A stretch of 64,000 nt of DNA from Paraspadella gotoi (Eukaryota > Animalia > Chaetognatha): positions 3,159,344 to 3,223,343 of the forward strand of contig CM119267.1 in assembly GCA_051294375.1 (NCBI GenBank), given 5' to 3'. Under the pieces are notes generated by a model. It had not been told where the DNA came from and made no database searches. It worked only from the letters and a program-made list of their open reading frames with translations. This document shows, one piece after another, positions 1 to 11,700 of the stretch (positions within the stretch are counted from its first letter, which is position 1; each line of letters begins with the position of its first letter). The translations under genes were made by a program, and so were the position numbers.

Positions 1-3000
1 CGGAGTGATGCTTGCGCTGAAGGTAAGGCGTCCGGTCGTAGTTGACGTAAGGGCGCGGATGTAGAACGGGATTACGCCACTGTTCGTTGAGGGACTTTGT
101 GTTGTACCACCCGTTCATTTCCACGTGGCGGGACGAAGGTAGGAGCCAGTTCGCCTTCTTGTCTTGCGATAAGGCTGGGCGTTGAAGACGGCTCCGCCTT
201 CTTGGATAGAGGCCGCTGCAAGTCGCTGGAGGATGATCCACCGCTGCCGCCCGGCCAGTTCGAGTCTTTCGTCCCCGCCAGCCGCCTTTCTTTCGTCTTC
301 CGACGCCCGTCGCAGCGCCGCCACCGGCTCCGTCGCCGCTGCCATCTTCGCCATCTCCACCGTGTCTTCTGCCACTTCTTCCTCCTTGCCATCTCCTCCT
401 GCGCCTCCGGTACCGTCACCTCCGCTGCCATCTCCCCTGAACCGTCTCCGCCTTTTCCTTTTCCTTTACCACCGCCGCCGCCGCACCGCCACCGCCACCG
501 CCTCTACCGCCACCGCGGCCACCATCTTTGCCACCACCACCACCACCGCTGCCATCACCACCACTACCATCTTTACCACCTCCTCCCTTACCTCCTCCTC
601 CTTCGCCCCCAGCGCCTTTTCCGGCTCCTTTACCAGCGCCATCTGCTCCACCCGCTCCCCCTGCTCCGCCCCGCCTCCAGCTCCATCGGCACCTGCTCCT
701 CCAGCTCCTCCAGCTCCCCGGCTCCAGCACCACGACCATCAGCACCTCCGCCAGCTCCACGCCACCTCCAGCTCCTCCACCTCCTGCTCCACCTCCAGCT
801 CCTTCTCCTCCAGCTCCACCAGCGCCGCCGGTCCTCCAGCACCTGCACCCGCACCTCCAGCTCCAGCACCTCCTGCTTCCGCACCTCCACCCCGGCACCT
901 CCGGCACCCGCACCTCCGACACCCGCACTCCAGCTCCTGCGCCTCGGCACCTGCACCTCCACCTCCGGACCTCCACCTCCGGCACCCGCACCTCCGCACC
1001 CGCACCTCCGGCTCCCCACCTCCAGCTCCTGCACCTCCGGCTCCCTCACCTCCAGCTCCTGCCACCTGCACCGCCAGCCCGTCCTGCACCTCCAGCTCCT
1101 GCACCGCCAGCTCCTGCCCCTCCAGCTCCTGCGCCACCGGCTCCTGCACCTCCAGCACCTGCACTCCAGCACCCGCAGCTCCTCCACCCCCAACTCCAGC
1201 GCCACCAGCCCCGGCACCTGCACCTCCTGCCCCTCCTGCACCTGCACCACCTCCAGCCCCCGCTCCAGTCCTCCAGCTCCAGCCCCTCCCGCCACCGCCT
1301 GCACCTGCACCACCTGCGCCACCTGCACCGGCAGCTCCAGCGCCACCCGCTCCTCACCTCCCGCGCCACCCGCTCCTGCACTCCGCGCCACCTGCACCTC
1401 CACCTCCAGCGCCACCTGCGCCTCCACCTCCGCGCCACCCGCGCCTGCGCCTCCACCAGCGCCTGCCCACCAGCTCCACCCGCGCCTGCACCTCCTTTAC
1501 CAGCACCACCGGCTCCACCTCCAGCGCCACCACCTCCTGCACCCCGCCCTTTTCCACGCCCCCCCGCCGCCCCCTTGGCGCTCTCCAACGCCCTCATCTG
1601 TTTCTCCAGTTTGTCGGCGTTGTCGTTGCCCGCCTTTTGTTTGTCCCTCTGAGCCTTCACCTCCTTGAGGGTCCGCTCGACGAGGCTGGAGCGCTCCATG
1701 CGGCCGCCGACGGAGTCGTCGTCGCCGATGATGGCCGTGGCGAGCGGATTGGTCTCCATCACGGTGTAGGTCTTGGAGAGTTCGTTGAGGTTGACGTTGA
1801 GATCCTCTTCGTCGTCCTCTTCGATTTTGTCGTCGTCGGTTTTGCCGATTCGGTTCCAGTTGCGCTTCAATGCGCGGACGGTGATCTCGGTGGAAGGATC
1901 GGTGGTGGTCGTAGTTGTCATTGTGGTCGGAACTGTGGTTGTGGTCGACGCGCCCACGGTCGAAGATTCCGTGGCTTGCGTGGTCGGCTCCTCTGCTTCG
2001 CTCTCCTCCCCTTTATCGGTCTCTTCCGCGCTGAGACTCGATTCGCGATTAAAGTTGACGTTTATCTCTTCCTGCCGCTGCATTCGCCTCGCCGCCGCAG
2101 CCGACGCTGCAGCTCTCTTCGCGCCTACCTCCTCCTCTTCCTCGAGCCCTTCCACCCTCAACGACGACCCGTCGACGCTCATCAGCCTCTCGGGAACGCC
2201 GCTTCTCTCGGCGCCCAAAAAGCGGCGGATCCTCCCCGGCGCCGCCGGATCCAGGGACAACGCTGACGAGACGATCGACGCCGACGGCGCCGTCTCCGAA
2301 GAGCTCGTCGGCTTGGACGAAGGGGGCGGCGTCCTTTCGCCGCCCTTTCTTCCTCCGACGGCCTTGACGCCGACTCCACCGCCGCCCTTAACCGACCTTC
2401 TCTTCGTCGCCGTCAAAGTCGGAGGCGGCGCTGTCGACGGTGGAATTGGCTTCCGGTTGAAGGGGAACATCTTGCGCGATTTGCTGCGAGGTCGGACGGA
2501 GCGTTTCTCCGAGGCTGCTGAAGCGGTGGAGACGTCCGCCGGCCTATCGTCCTTCGGGGAGACGATGCGACGACGAAATCGAGAAAAAATCTTCTTCTTC
2601 GGTTTCGTCGACGATTCGGACGCCAGAGACTCGGAATCTTTGGCGCTCAAGCGGCTCGTCGACTCGGAGGCGGAGGCAGAAGCGGCAGAGTCGAGGGAGA
2701 GCGAGGAGACTCGCTCTGATTTGGGAGGAACACATTTTGAGACGAAATATGTTTTTCAAGTCTCGCAATGAAAATTGGTACAAATTGACTATTCCTTTAA
2801 TAAATAAGCATTAAGCATTAAGCAATCTTTCCCCCGACTTGTGACAGGCTATGACCCTGCAAGCTTTCAACCGTTTCTATGAACTGTTATACACATACAG
2901 TCAAATAGCTTGTTAATTAAATGAATGAATAATTTTTGAATAGTTTGTCCAATTTCACAAATCACATATTTTCTAGTAGGAGTCAAGTATAATTATAAGT

Positions 3001-5323
3001 CCATTTTAGTTACTAAAGTTGATCACCTTCCACACGACGCCATTTCCGTCACAGCATCGGTTTCGTCATCAGATTGACGTGCTGCGTCGTCGTCACAAAT
3101 TCCGCCGGTTCCCGCCGCCGCTGCCGCCCTTCGCCGCCTCTGCCGCCTTCGCCGCTGCTCCGCCGCCTTCGCCGCCTCCGCCGCCTCCGCCGCCTCCGCC
3201 GCCTCCGCCGCCGCGACGGATCTCCCCGCGGCCTCGCGCGGCGCTTCAATGATTGGCGGAACTCTGCCGATCTCGGAAGAGGAGGAGGAGTCTTCATCCA
3301 AAGCCGGCGCCGCGGCTGACGTCCCGGCGTCACTGACTTCTCCCGGCGTCGTTTGGCCCGACGTATAGTCCTCGGCGTCGCGGGTAATTTCTCCCTCGGA
3401 CGGCTCGTCGTCTTCGACCGCCGCGCCCCTTTCGACGACAGAGACCGGCGTCGGCGCCGTTCGGGTTCTCGACGCCGAATCTCGCGTCGCCGACGAGGGC
3501 GTCGAGGTGCGCGAGACGATTGGCGGCGCCGGGCGAGTTCGGACTCCGATCGATGGTTCAGTCTGGAGAAGAGGAGAGATTTGTATTATTTATGTTTTGT
3601 TTATTTGTTTATGAAAGTTGCAAAATTACTTGTTTCACTATCTTTCATTTTTTTTCATTTTTTCGATTTAAAATAACTATTATTTATGATTTTATTTATT
3701 TGTTGTAAAAATTTTTGGGTTAAATATTTAAATATATTATTATTTATCTGTTTGGGATGGGGACTTTAGTGTTGTCTTGTTTTTGTTAGAAGTTGTTGAA
3801 CATATTTCATTCATTTGGATGTTCAGTAAGTTCAAATCTGGGCAACGTCATTACAAAAACATAAAACAAAATTTTCAAAAAATGACATTAGACTCGCGCA
3901 CCACAATGGAGATTTTGATTAATATTATGTAAAAAGGAAAATAAAATCGCTAATAAAACTGTTAAAAAATTTTAATGATCGCGAAAAAAAAACATTTTGT
4001 TCCCTGTTTTTTTAAAACCCGATCGCGAATTGACATCGTTTTGTTTACAAATGTAAACGAATGTAAACAAATGTATTTAAAATTTTTAACTGGAACTGTC
4101 AACATTTCTCATTTGTAAGTTTGTAACTTGTTTAATAAAACATTGGTTTTATATTCTAATTGATTTTCCCTGATTATCATTACGCATTAATAATTTTTTT
4201 TCTCTCTCTCTCTGATAAATTGAACATCTAAAGCCAATTCGCTTTTCAAGACTTCAATAAAAATCGATTCTTCTTCGTTATCTCAACCACCTCTCCCCCC
4301 CCCTCTGCCTTAACCCACTCCCCCCACCCACTCAACTCACCGACGCAGCCGACTCTCCATCTCTCGATTCTCGATTCTCCTCCAAATTCTCGACTCCCAT
4401 CATCTCGTTGTTCCAATTTCTTCCGGCGGATCCGAGTCGCGCTGCCGACGAGCGCATTCGCGGGTCGACACGAACGAAGCCTTCGCCCACGCCGTCGCCG
4501 AGGATCTCGGCCGCTTTCGAGACGGTCGGGACTGGGCGGGGGACCCGGCGGGAAGCCGTGCTAGCGGCTACGGGCGTCGAGGGGCAGACTTCGACGCGGC
4601 CGTTCGAACGGGCCGTTCGACGGACCGTTCGACGGGCCGTTCGACGGACCGTTCGGGACCGAGGATCTCTTCGGATCGAGTTTGCGCCCTTCATGCCGAA
4701 GACATCGTCGTTTCCTGTTCCACCTCAGATCTGACTTCAACGTCTCGAGGTCGACCTGAGCTCGACACCGCCACGACTCTCGATCCCCGATGGAATCCGC
4801 CGCCGCTGCCGCCGCCGCTGCCGCCTCCGGCTTCGCTCTCGCTCCCGCCTCTCGTCCTAGCCGCCCTCGGTCGGAACCTCGTCAGATTCGGCGTGGATTC
4901 GAGCCTGGAACCTACGGGTCGGGCGATGGTGCTGGAGGTTCGAGAGAGAGCCGCGTCGCTGACTCTCCCGCTGCCAAAGTCGATGCTGCTGACGCGGCTG
5001 CTGGCGACGCCGTCGGAGCCTTTGACGCTGACGACGTCGACGAGCGTCTGGGCGAGATCGTCGAGTCGCTGCGGCGAGGGTTTCTCCGCGGCGCTGCTCG
5101 ACTTTTCGCTGGCGACGCTGGCGACGTTATCGTCGCTGACGCCGCTAGCGACGTTGGCCGCGCTGCCGACGCTGCCTTCGACATTGCCGACGCTGCCCTC
5201 GGTGACGGTGGTGTCGCTGCCGGTGCCGGTGATCTCTCCCTCCGATAAAAGCGTCGACGACGAGGGGTCAGTGATTTCTCCCTCTGATAGACCAGCTTCG
5301 CTCGCTCCATCTCCCTCTTCCAT
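1..5323 (-). CDS. Multi-exon low-complexity protein gene (Ser/Ala/acidic N-terminal part with SEGE motifs, long Gly-Ala tract); 3' end runs off the window
   Basis: GC-rich exons in AT-rich introns. Exon 5323-4341: ATG MEEGDG..., one frame slip near 4695, donor TCG|GTGAGT. Exon 3562-3027: acceptor ctcttctccag|, phase 0 match to the previous exon, donor AAG|GTGATC. Exon 2715 to <1: acceptor aatcag|, contains ORF 1046..2650. A stop-free frame ending ...NWLLPSSRHVEMNGWYNTKSLNEQWRNPVLHPRPY... continues to base 1. Several frame slips and one phase mismatch (3027/2715) suggest sequence indels. Confidence 0.65.
430..1560 (-). repeat. Coding low-complexity Gly/Ala (GAGAGG-type) tandem tract
   Basis: Dense ccacctcc/gcacctcc/cagctcc degenerate repeats; reads GAGAGGAG on minus and PAPAPP on plus. 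Confidence 0.9.
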
Positions 5324-6902
5324 CGTAGGAGGGAGATCAATCCCTCATCTGTCCGTCTGTCTCTGTTTTTTTTTTTTACATTTATTGTGAATAAAATTTC
5401 AAACTTTTACCAACTGGAGTTCGACTTAACTCAAAAGCTTCTTTTAAGCTCCTCCGCTCACGGCTCCTCAATTTTGCTCCTCAATTTCGCTCCTCCACTT
5501 TGGAAGGTAACTGCCGAGTCTCCGCGCCGAGGGAAATTTAGTCAACATTTAATGAAGATTTTTGTTTAACAATAAATTAGAGGGAGTGGTTTAAAAAAAA
5601 AAAAAAAAGATTAGTCTCAGAGAAAAAGTAAAAAGTGGAAAAGAGGGTAAAAAGATTATCTTCTGTTGCCCCCGAATATAAACGAAAAACCCCCCGAGTT
5701 TTTTTGAAAGTTTTAATTCGGAAAAGGGAGAGAAATTCGGTAATGATTGGCCGAATGAGGGAAGACAATAGGAAGCGGAAATAAAATGGATCGATCAAGA
5801 ATTAACGTCGAAGTGGAGAAATTCACGACCAGTTGCGGGTAGAGGGGTGAACACCCTCTTCAAAACTTACAAGGGCCCGGGAAAAGCTCATGGGGCTGAA
5901 AGAATATGTATAGTACAAAATAAAAGCTTTTAAATTTTTTTGAAAAATATTATCTTTAAAAAAAAACATAGCTGATTGAAAGCTTGCAGGGACCTGCGAG
6001 ATCATTATCTTGTAAGAGTGATGGAGGCCTTAAACCTCCAAAGCCTGTTCAAAGTCAGGGGCAAGATAGCTTATTTATTAAATGAATGAAAAATTTTTAT
6101 ATTGGTTGTACCAATTTCATAATAAATGTATGATATTTATCAGGATCCAAACCTTTTTTACCATGATGTGGAGGTTTTTGATAATGGGCGGAATGAACTC
6201 GGCTTACAGGGAGGCCCGGGGCCCGCCAACCTAATTTGTGGAGGGACCCGCCTGTTCTCTACGCGCCACTGCTCACGACAGCATCGGAAGGGGCTTGGGA
6301 GCGGGGTAAATTATTTTTTTTGCGAACCCTAGAATTACGACGGGCAAATTTGGCCCAAAAAATTCCATTTGCAGTTTCCGCTTGCGGAAGCAAATCACGA
6401 CTTTGATGAGCGGAAGGAACATGAAACAATTAGCGAAAGACGTGACTAAGGAAGTCACGAATAAAAGAATTGATCACGTGAGATGGTGAATCTCGTTAGT
6501 CAGAATCTAATGACTGACTCGAGATAACTTGTTCTCATTTTTTCCCTTTTTTTCCATTTTTTTTAGTTTCGTCCCGTCTTTCACTTCTCTCACCTCTATA
6601 TGGCGAATATCTTTCTTTTTTTCCCTTTATTCTCCTAGAAAAAGATAGGAAAAAATAGGAAATGATAAGAGTATGACTATGAGAAAGCAATTGGATTTTT
6701 TTTTTTTTTATTTATTTCTTTTCCCCTTTGATTCGTTTTCAAAATATCGTTTTATCTTTTTTCTTTTATTTTCAAAAATGGTATTTCTTCTCTTTTACGG
6801 CCTTTAAATATTTTGATTCCTAGCTTGTCCTATTCCTATCTTTATCCTTCCTCATCTCTTCTTTTCTTATCTTCTTCCTATCTTTTCCAATCGGTCTTGA
6901 GC

Positions 6903-7430
6903 TTATTTTCCCTCGCTTCCTACCAGGCCCTCTTCTACTTCTTCCTCCTCCTCTTCCCCCTCCTCCTCATTTCGCGCTGACGAACCGGAAAAGTCGCGAC
7001 TNNNNNNNNNNNNNNNNNNNNNNNNNNNNNNNNNNNNNNNNNNNNNNNNNNNNNNNNNNNNNNNNNNNNNNNNNNNNNNNNNNNNNNNNNNNNNNNNNNN
7101 NNNNNNNNNNNNNNNNNNNNNNNNNNNNNNNNNNNNNNNNNNNNNNNNNNNNNNNNNNNNNNNNNNNNNNNNNNNNNNNNNNNNNNNNNNNNNNNNNNNN
7201 NNNNNNNNNNNNNNNNNNNNNNNNNNNNNNNNNNNNNNNNNNNNNNNNNNNNNNNNNNNNNNNNNNNNNNNNNNNNNNNNNNNNNNTAACGCGACGCGTA
7301 ACGCCGCCCACGCCGCGAGCGGATGCCGGCGGCCAGCGGCGAACTGCGTCATCGGCGCCATCTGCGCCACCGACGCCATACGAGGAGTCAAACGTCTTCG
7401 CTTTCTTTTTTTCGTGACGTGACCTTTGAC
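6903..7430 (-). CDS. Possible terminal exon fragment of an unknown gene, interrupted by an N gap
   Basis: Pyrimidine tract plus aaag| acceptor near 7430; GC-rich open frame VKGHVTKKRKRRRL... to ...EEEEVEEGLVGSEGK*; the middle is N. Confidence 0.3.
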   Translation of the reverse strand, partial: VKGHVTKKRKRRRLTPRMASVAQMAPMTQFAAGRRHPLAAWAALRVALXXXXXXXXXXXXXXXXXXXXXXXXXXXXXXXXXXXXXXXXXXXXXXXXXXXXXXXXXXXXXXXXXXXXXXXXXXXXXXXXXXXXXXXXXXXXXXXSRDFSGSSARNEEEGEEEEEEVEEGLVGSEGK

Positions 7431-8087
7431 CTTTTGGGGGGGGGCGGAGGGAGAGGAAGAGGAGGAGGAAGAGGCGGAGGGAAAGATAGGTGATGGAATT
7501 AAGGAGAAGTTAAAAGAAGAAAAAAAGAGATAAAGAAAGATAGAGACAGACGGAGAGAGAGAGAGAGAAAGACAGNNNNNNNNNNNNNNNNNNNNNNNNN
7601 NNNNNNNNNNNNNNNNNNNNNNNNNNNNNNNNNNNNNNNNNNNNNNNNNNNNNNNNNNNNNNNNNNNNNNNNNNNNNNNNNNNNNNNNNNNNNNNNNNNN
7701 NNNNNNNNNNNNNNNNNNNNNNNNNNNNNNNNNNNNNNNNNNNNNNNNNNNNNNNNNNNNNNNNNNNNNNNNNNNNNNNNNNNNNNNNNNNNNNNNNNNN
7801 NNNNNNAATTTCCGAAGGAAGGAATAAAGTGGGTAATTTATGATTCGTTCATTCGGATCCATTTTAACTCCTCCCACTTTCGATCTCATAACTGCGACCC
7901 ACGTCCATCCCCCAAAGCGTCAGATGGAATCGATCGATAGATGGCGCGAATATCAGACTTTGGGTTTGTGGTGAACGTCAGAAAATTGGGGCCCCACAGA
8001 TAGTTCTTATGTTCCTATTGTTCAATCGTCTGTATTATACGTCTTTTTAAGGCCGAAGCGCTTTCTTTCTAACGGTCAAACTATTGA

Positions 8088-8140
<53 letters not shown>

Positions 8141-8583
8141 GGCCTTAGGTCTGACCTCGACTCTTTCTCCATAAATTGGCGTCGAAGTGAATCCAATTCT
8201 GTCGCGAGTCACAATCAAATTATCTCATGCGCGCCATTTCCGTTAGAGCTCACTGCTTCACATTGTTTTGGAAAAACAAACATGCAATGGTATGAGATAA
8301 AAATGTATAAAAATAAAATAAAAATAAGAATAAAAATGTTTATTTCTTTATATTTAAAAAAAAGCTGTATTTTAAAAAGAGTTTATGAAATATCGAATTA
8401 CTTGATCTAGAGATTTTGCGTTTGAAATAGTAAAACAATTCTTTAAATCTTATTTTTGTGACAATGACATGAGAAATAAAAGTGGAGAAAAATTAAATAA
8501 TTAGGATTTGATATGAAAAGACAAAATTGTTAGTGATATCGAATTGAGACAAAGAACAGATTTGAAAATATTATTACGTCCAA

Positions 8584-11375
8584 TTTTTTATCGAGCCTTG
8601 ACCGGCGAAGCGGGTAAGGCTCTATAATGTTTTAGGGTTGCTTCTTTGTGAACGTAGTCGTCGTCGTCGTCGTCCGTCGTCGTCCGTCACGTGTTTTCAT
8701 ATATAAAAAACTACTACGCTTTTATAGGTTTGGCTGTGACTTACCGTTTTTTTTTAAAATAAAAAATTATTATGAATTATGATAAAGTTTTACAAAAGTG
8801 TGCGATCATAGTAAGTTAAAAATTTAGATTATGGCTTTTCATCTTGAAATAGCTGTGATATTTAATATTACATTTGGATTTAAGTATTTTTTGTTTGAAT
8901 TTCCACTTCATTATGATTTACTGCAATAGCAAATGAGTTTAAAGTACCTTATAATATCCAAATTAGTATATAGAAATGCTTTAATCTAATTTACATATTG
9001 CAGTATATAATATTGAAGATGAAATTCAAAAAATTTGTTTTAAATTTTTAAATAAAAATGGGAACTCAAAGGGATTTTTTTAATGAGAAGCTATATCTTA
9101 ATTTTAATACAAATATAAATTAAATCTTTTACAAGCTGCGATTGGAAAAAATTGGAAAAATTTCCAATTGTAAACAATTGTAACATATTTTTTGCCTTTC
9201 TTTTATTTCTTTAAATTTATATAGATTTTCTATCCTATATTTGTTTTGTTGCTGCTTTTTCTGAACCTTAAAAACGAGTTCAGGTATGCAGTGCCTGTTC
9301 AGCTGGCTTCCAGCTTTCCTTCTTTCTTTCTGTCTCTTTGTCTCTCTTTTTCTCTTTCTGTCTCTCTTTCTCTCTTCTTTCTGTCTTGTCTGTCTCTCTC
9401 ACTCTGTACGATCGTTCGTTTTTTGAAAAATTTCTGATTATTTTTTTCCTTCTCAAAACTTTTATTTATCGCCATTTATTCGCGCTTTTTTTTTTCAATA
9501 AAATCCAAATTTATATCCTGAGATATAATTGGAAGAAATCTGTGTTTTCTTTTTTCTTGTTCTCTCTCTCTCTCTTCTCTCTCCTCTCTCTCTCTTATTA
9601 CTTTTTTAAAAAAAAATGAAGAATAACTTATAATGAGTATGCATTATCACATATAAATCAGCTAATGTGACCTATTATATATGCCAGCACTTTCGCCGAT
9701 AATGTATATTGCATGCATCACATTATAAAAAAAAATTGTTTTTTATTATTATTGCAACTTGGACCGGTTGGCCCACTATTGGCAATTATCTAAATATGAG
9801 GAGTTGATAAAGAGAGATATAGCTCAAATTAAACATTACTTTTTTTGTTATTTCTGATAATTTGTACTATTATGTAAATTTATAAATATTTTTAGTGTAT
9901 ATATTAATCATTTTTACTTTTTTAAATAAATTATTTGAGTTGTGATAACTATTTATAAATTAATTAAATATGCAAATATTAATTGACCTCGGTCTGGTTT
10001 CTTCCTAAAAAAAGAAAATCTTTTTTTTCTCTCTATCTCTCTTTCTCTCTCTCCTCTCCTTCTCTCTTCTCTCTCTCTCTCTCTTCTCTTCTCTTCTCTC
10101 TCTCTTTTTTTCCTTCTAAAAACTTTTATTATCGCCATTTATTCGCGAGATTTTTCGTGGATTTTTCCTTCTAAAAACTTTTATTATCGCCATATTATTA
10201 TTTTATCTCAATACAAAATCCAAAATACAATAACTTACTTAACCTAGATTTTCCGTGGTCGTTGCGGAGCAACAAGTAAACAATGTCGAGGAACATGACC
10301 TAATAAACGCGTTACGTGTATAAAAAAAATCCAACATGAACCAATTTCACGCACGCCGTTGCGAGGTCAACGGATAACCGATATAAACGAGAGTGACCTG
10401 AATAAATGCAAGCTCGTTGGTGCGGCTATCAGGATAGAATCGGAGGAATGGCTGTTCTATTAGGTCTAGTCTCAGTCATATGTTCTTAAAATTTCGTCCG
10501 ATCATCATATACCGTAGCCTCCTACTTTCTTATTGCTGTCGTTCTTACAGAATCCAGCAGATACTGCGAGTGAGTCTACGTCAAGGAGGATCCAGAGAGG
10601 TTGTGAATTTAGCGGCATCGTGGCAGACTCTAAGACCTATCGTATCAATCGTCACTCGTCCGTCCTCTCTCGTGTCTCTCTCTCTCGATCATGAGATAGG
10701 GACTTGCGACGTGTGAAGAGTTCACCCTCTCTCTCTTCTTCTCTCATCGTAAGTGGATTGTGTTTTTCTTCCGCAAAACTGGTTTATTTATCGCCAATTA
10801 TTCCGCGATTTTTTCTGCAAAGTACAAAAGTCACAAATTTTTACATCCAGATTTTTCGTGATTTTTTTTCTAAAAATTCTGATTATTCTTTATATAAACG
10901 AGAGAGGACTAATACTGCGTTTCGTTGGCGGGAAAAACTGTTCCAGCCTCTTCCTCTCCGCTCTCTCTCTCTATTCTCTCTCTCTCTCTCTCTCTCTCTT
11001 CTCCTATCTCTCGATCTCTCTCTGCCTTCTCTTTTCACTCATAACGGCATTTGTTTGTTTTATTTTCGATGAATTTGATTCAAGCGCGTCAATTGAATCA
11101 CTATCACTGCGCATCAAATGAATGGACTATGCATCGTATCAATGAGATGATATTCATCAGATCAATGAATGACTATCATCGCAATTTCAATCATTTGATT
11201 TTCAATCACATCAGTCATTTTGTTTATCATCGCAACAATTCCCCCCGCCATTAGTCGCGTTTAATCCCATTAATTTTGTTATTCATCGACATCAATATTT
11301 GGTTATCATCGCAGTCAATCATTTGGTTACTACTGCGAAAGCGGCTCGGATCTTTATGCTTTTAAGATTTTTTTT
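8584..11375 (+). mobile_element. Helentron/DINE-like non-autonomous element with internal duplications
   Basis: T-run start, subterminal cgagcc with short hairpin (gagccttgaccggcgaagcgggtaaggctc), (GTC/GTCC)n microsatellite at ~8657-8687, complementary ggctcg at ~11343 followed by a T-rich end. Internal repeat aaaacttttattt?atcgcca at ~9454, 10117, 10173 and 10775. Confidence 0.45.
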
Positions 11376-11700
11376 AATAGTAATAACGTATATTTAAAAA
11401 GATTTTAATTCGCATTATCCACTAAGTGAATAACGAAAGAGGATAATATAATGGTGACTATTAGTAATACATACATCTCAGTAAATTGAAAAAACGTGCA
11501 ATAAAAAATTAAGTGATGTGTGACGAGAGTAAGAAAAGAATAAGAAAAAATTTACACTTAAAAAAGATAAGCAATTATTATGTTAAAGTATTAAAAAATA
11601 TAACAAAATATTTTGAAATCTAAGCCTGTCTACGAACCAGTAAATTTTATCTAAACATTGTTCAATGTTCAATGTTCATATTTCTGAATCAATTACGGTA

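Noticed and set aside
97-2771. Long plus-strand Pro/Ser-rich ORFs (extensin-like)
   Set aside because: Antisense shadows of GC-rich low-complexity sequence; splice signals and exon order support the minus strand.
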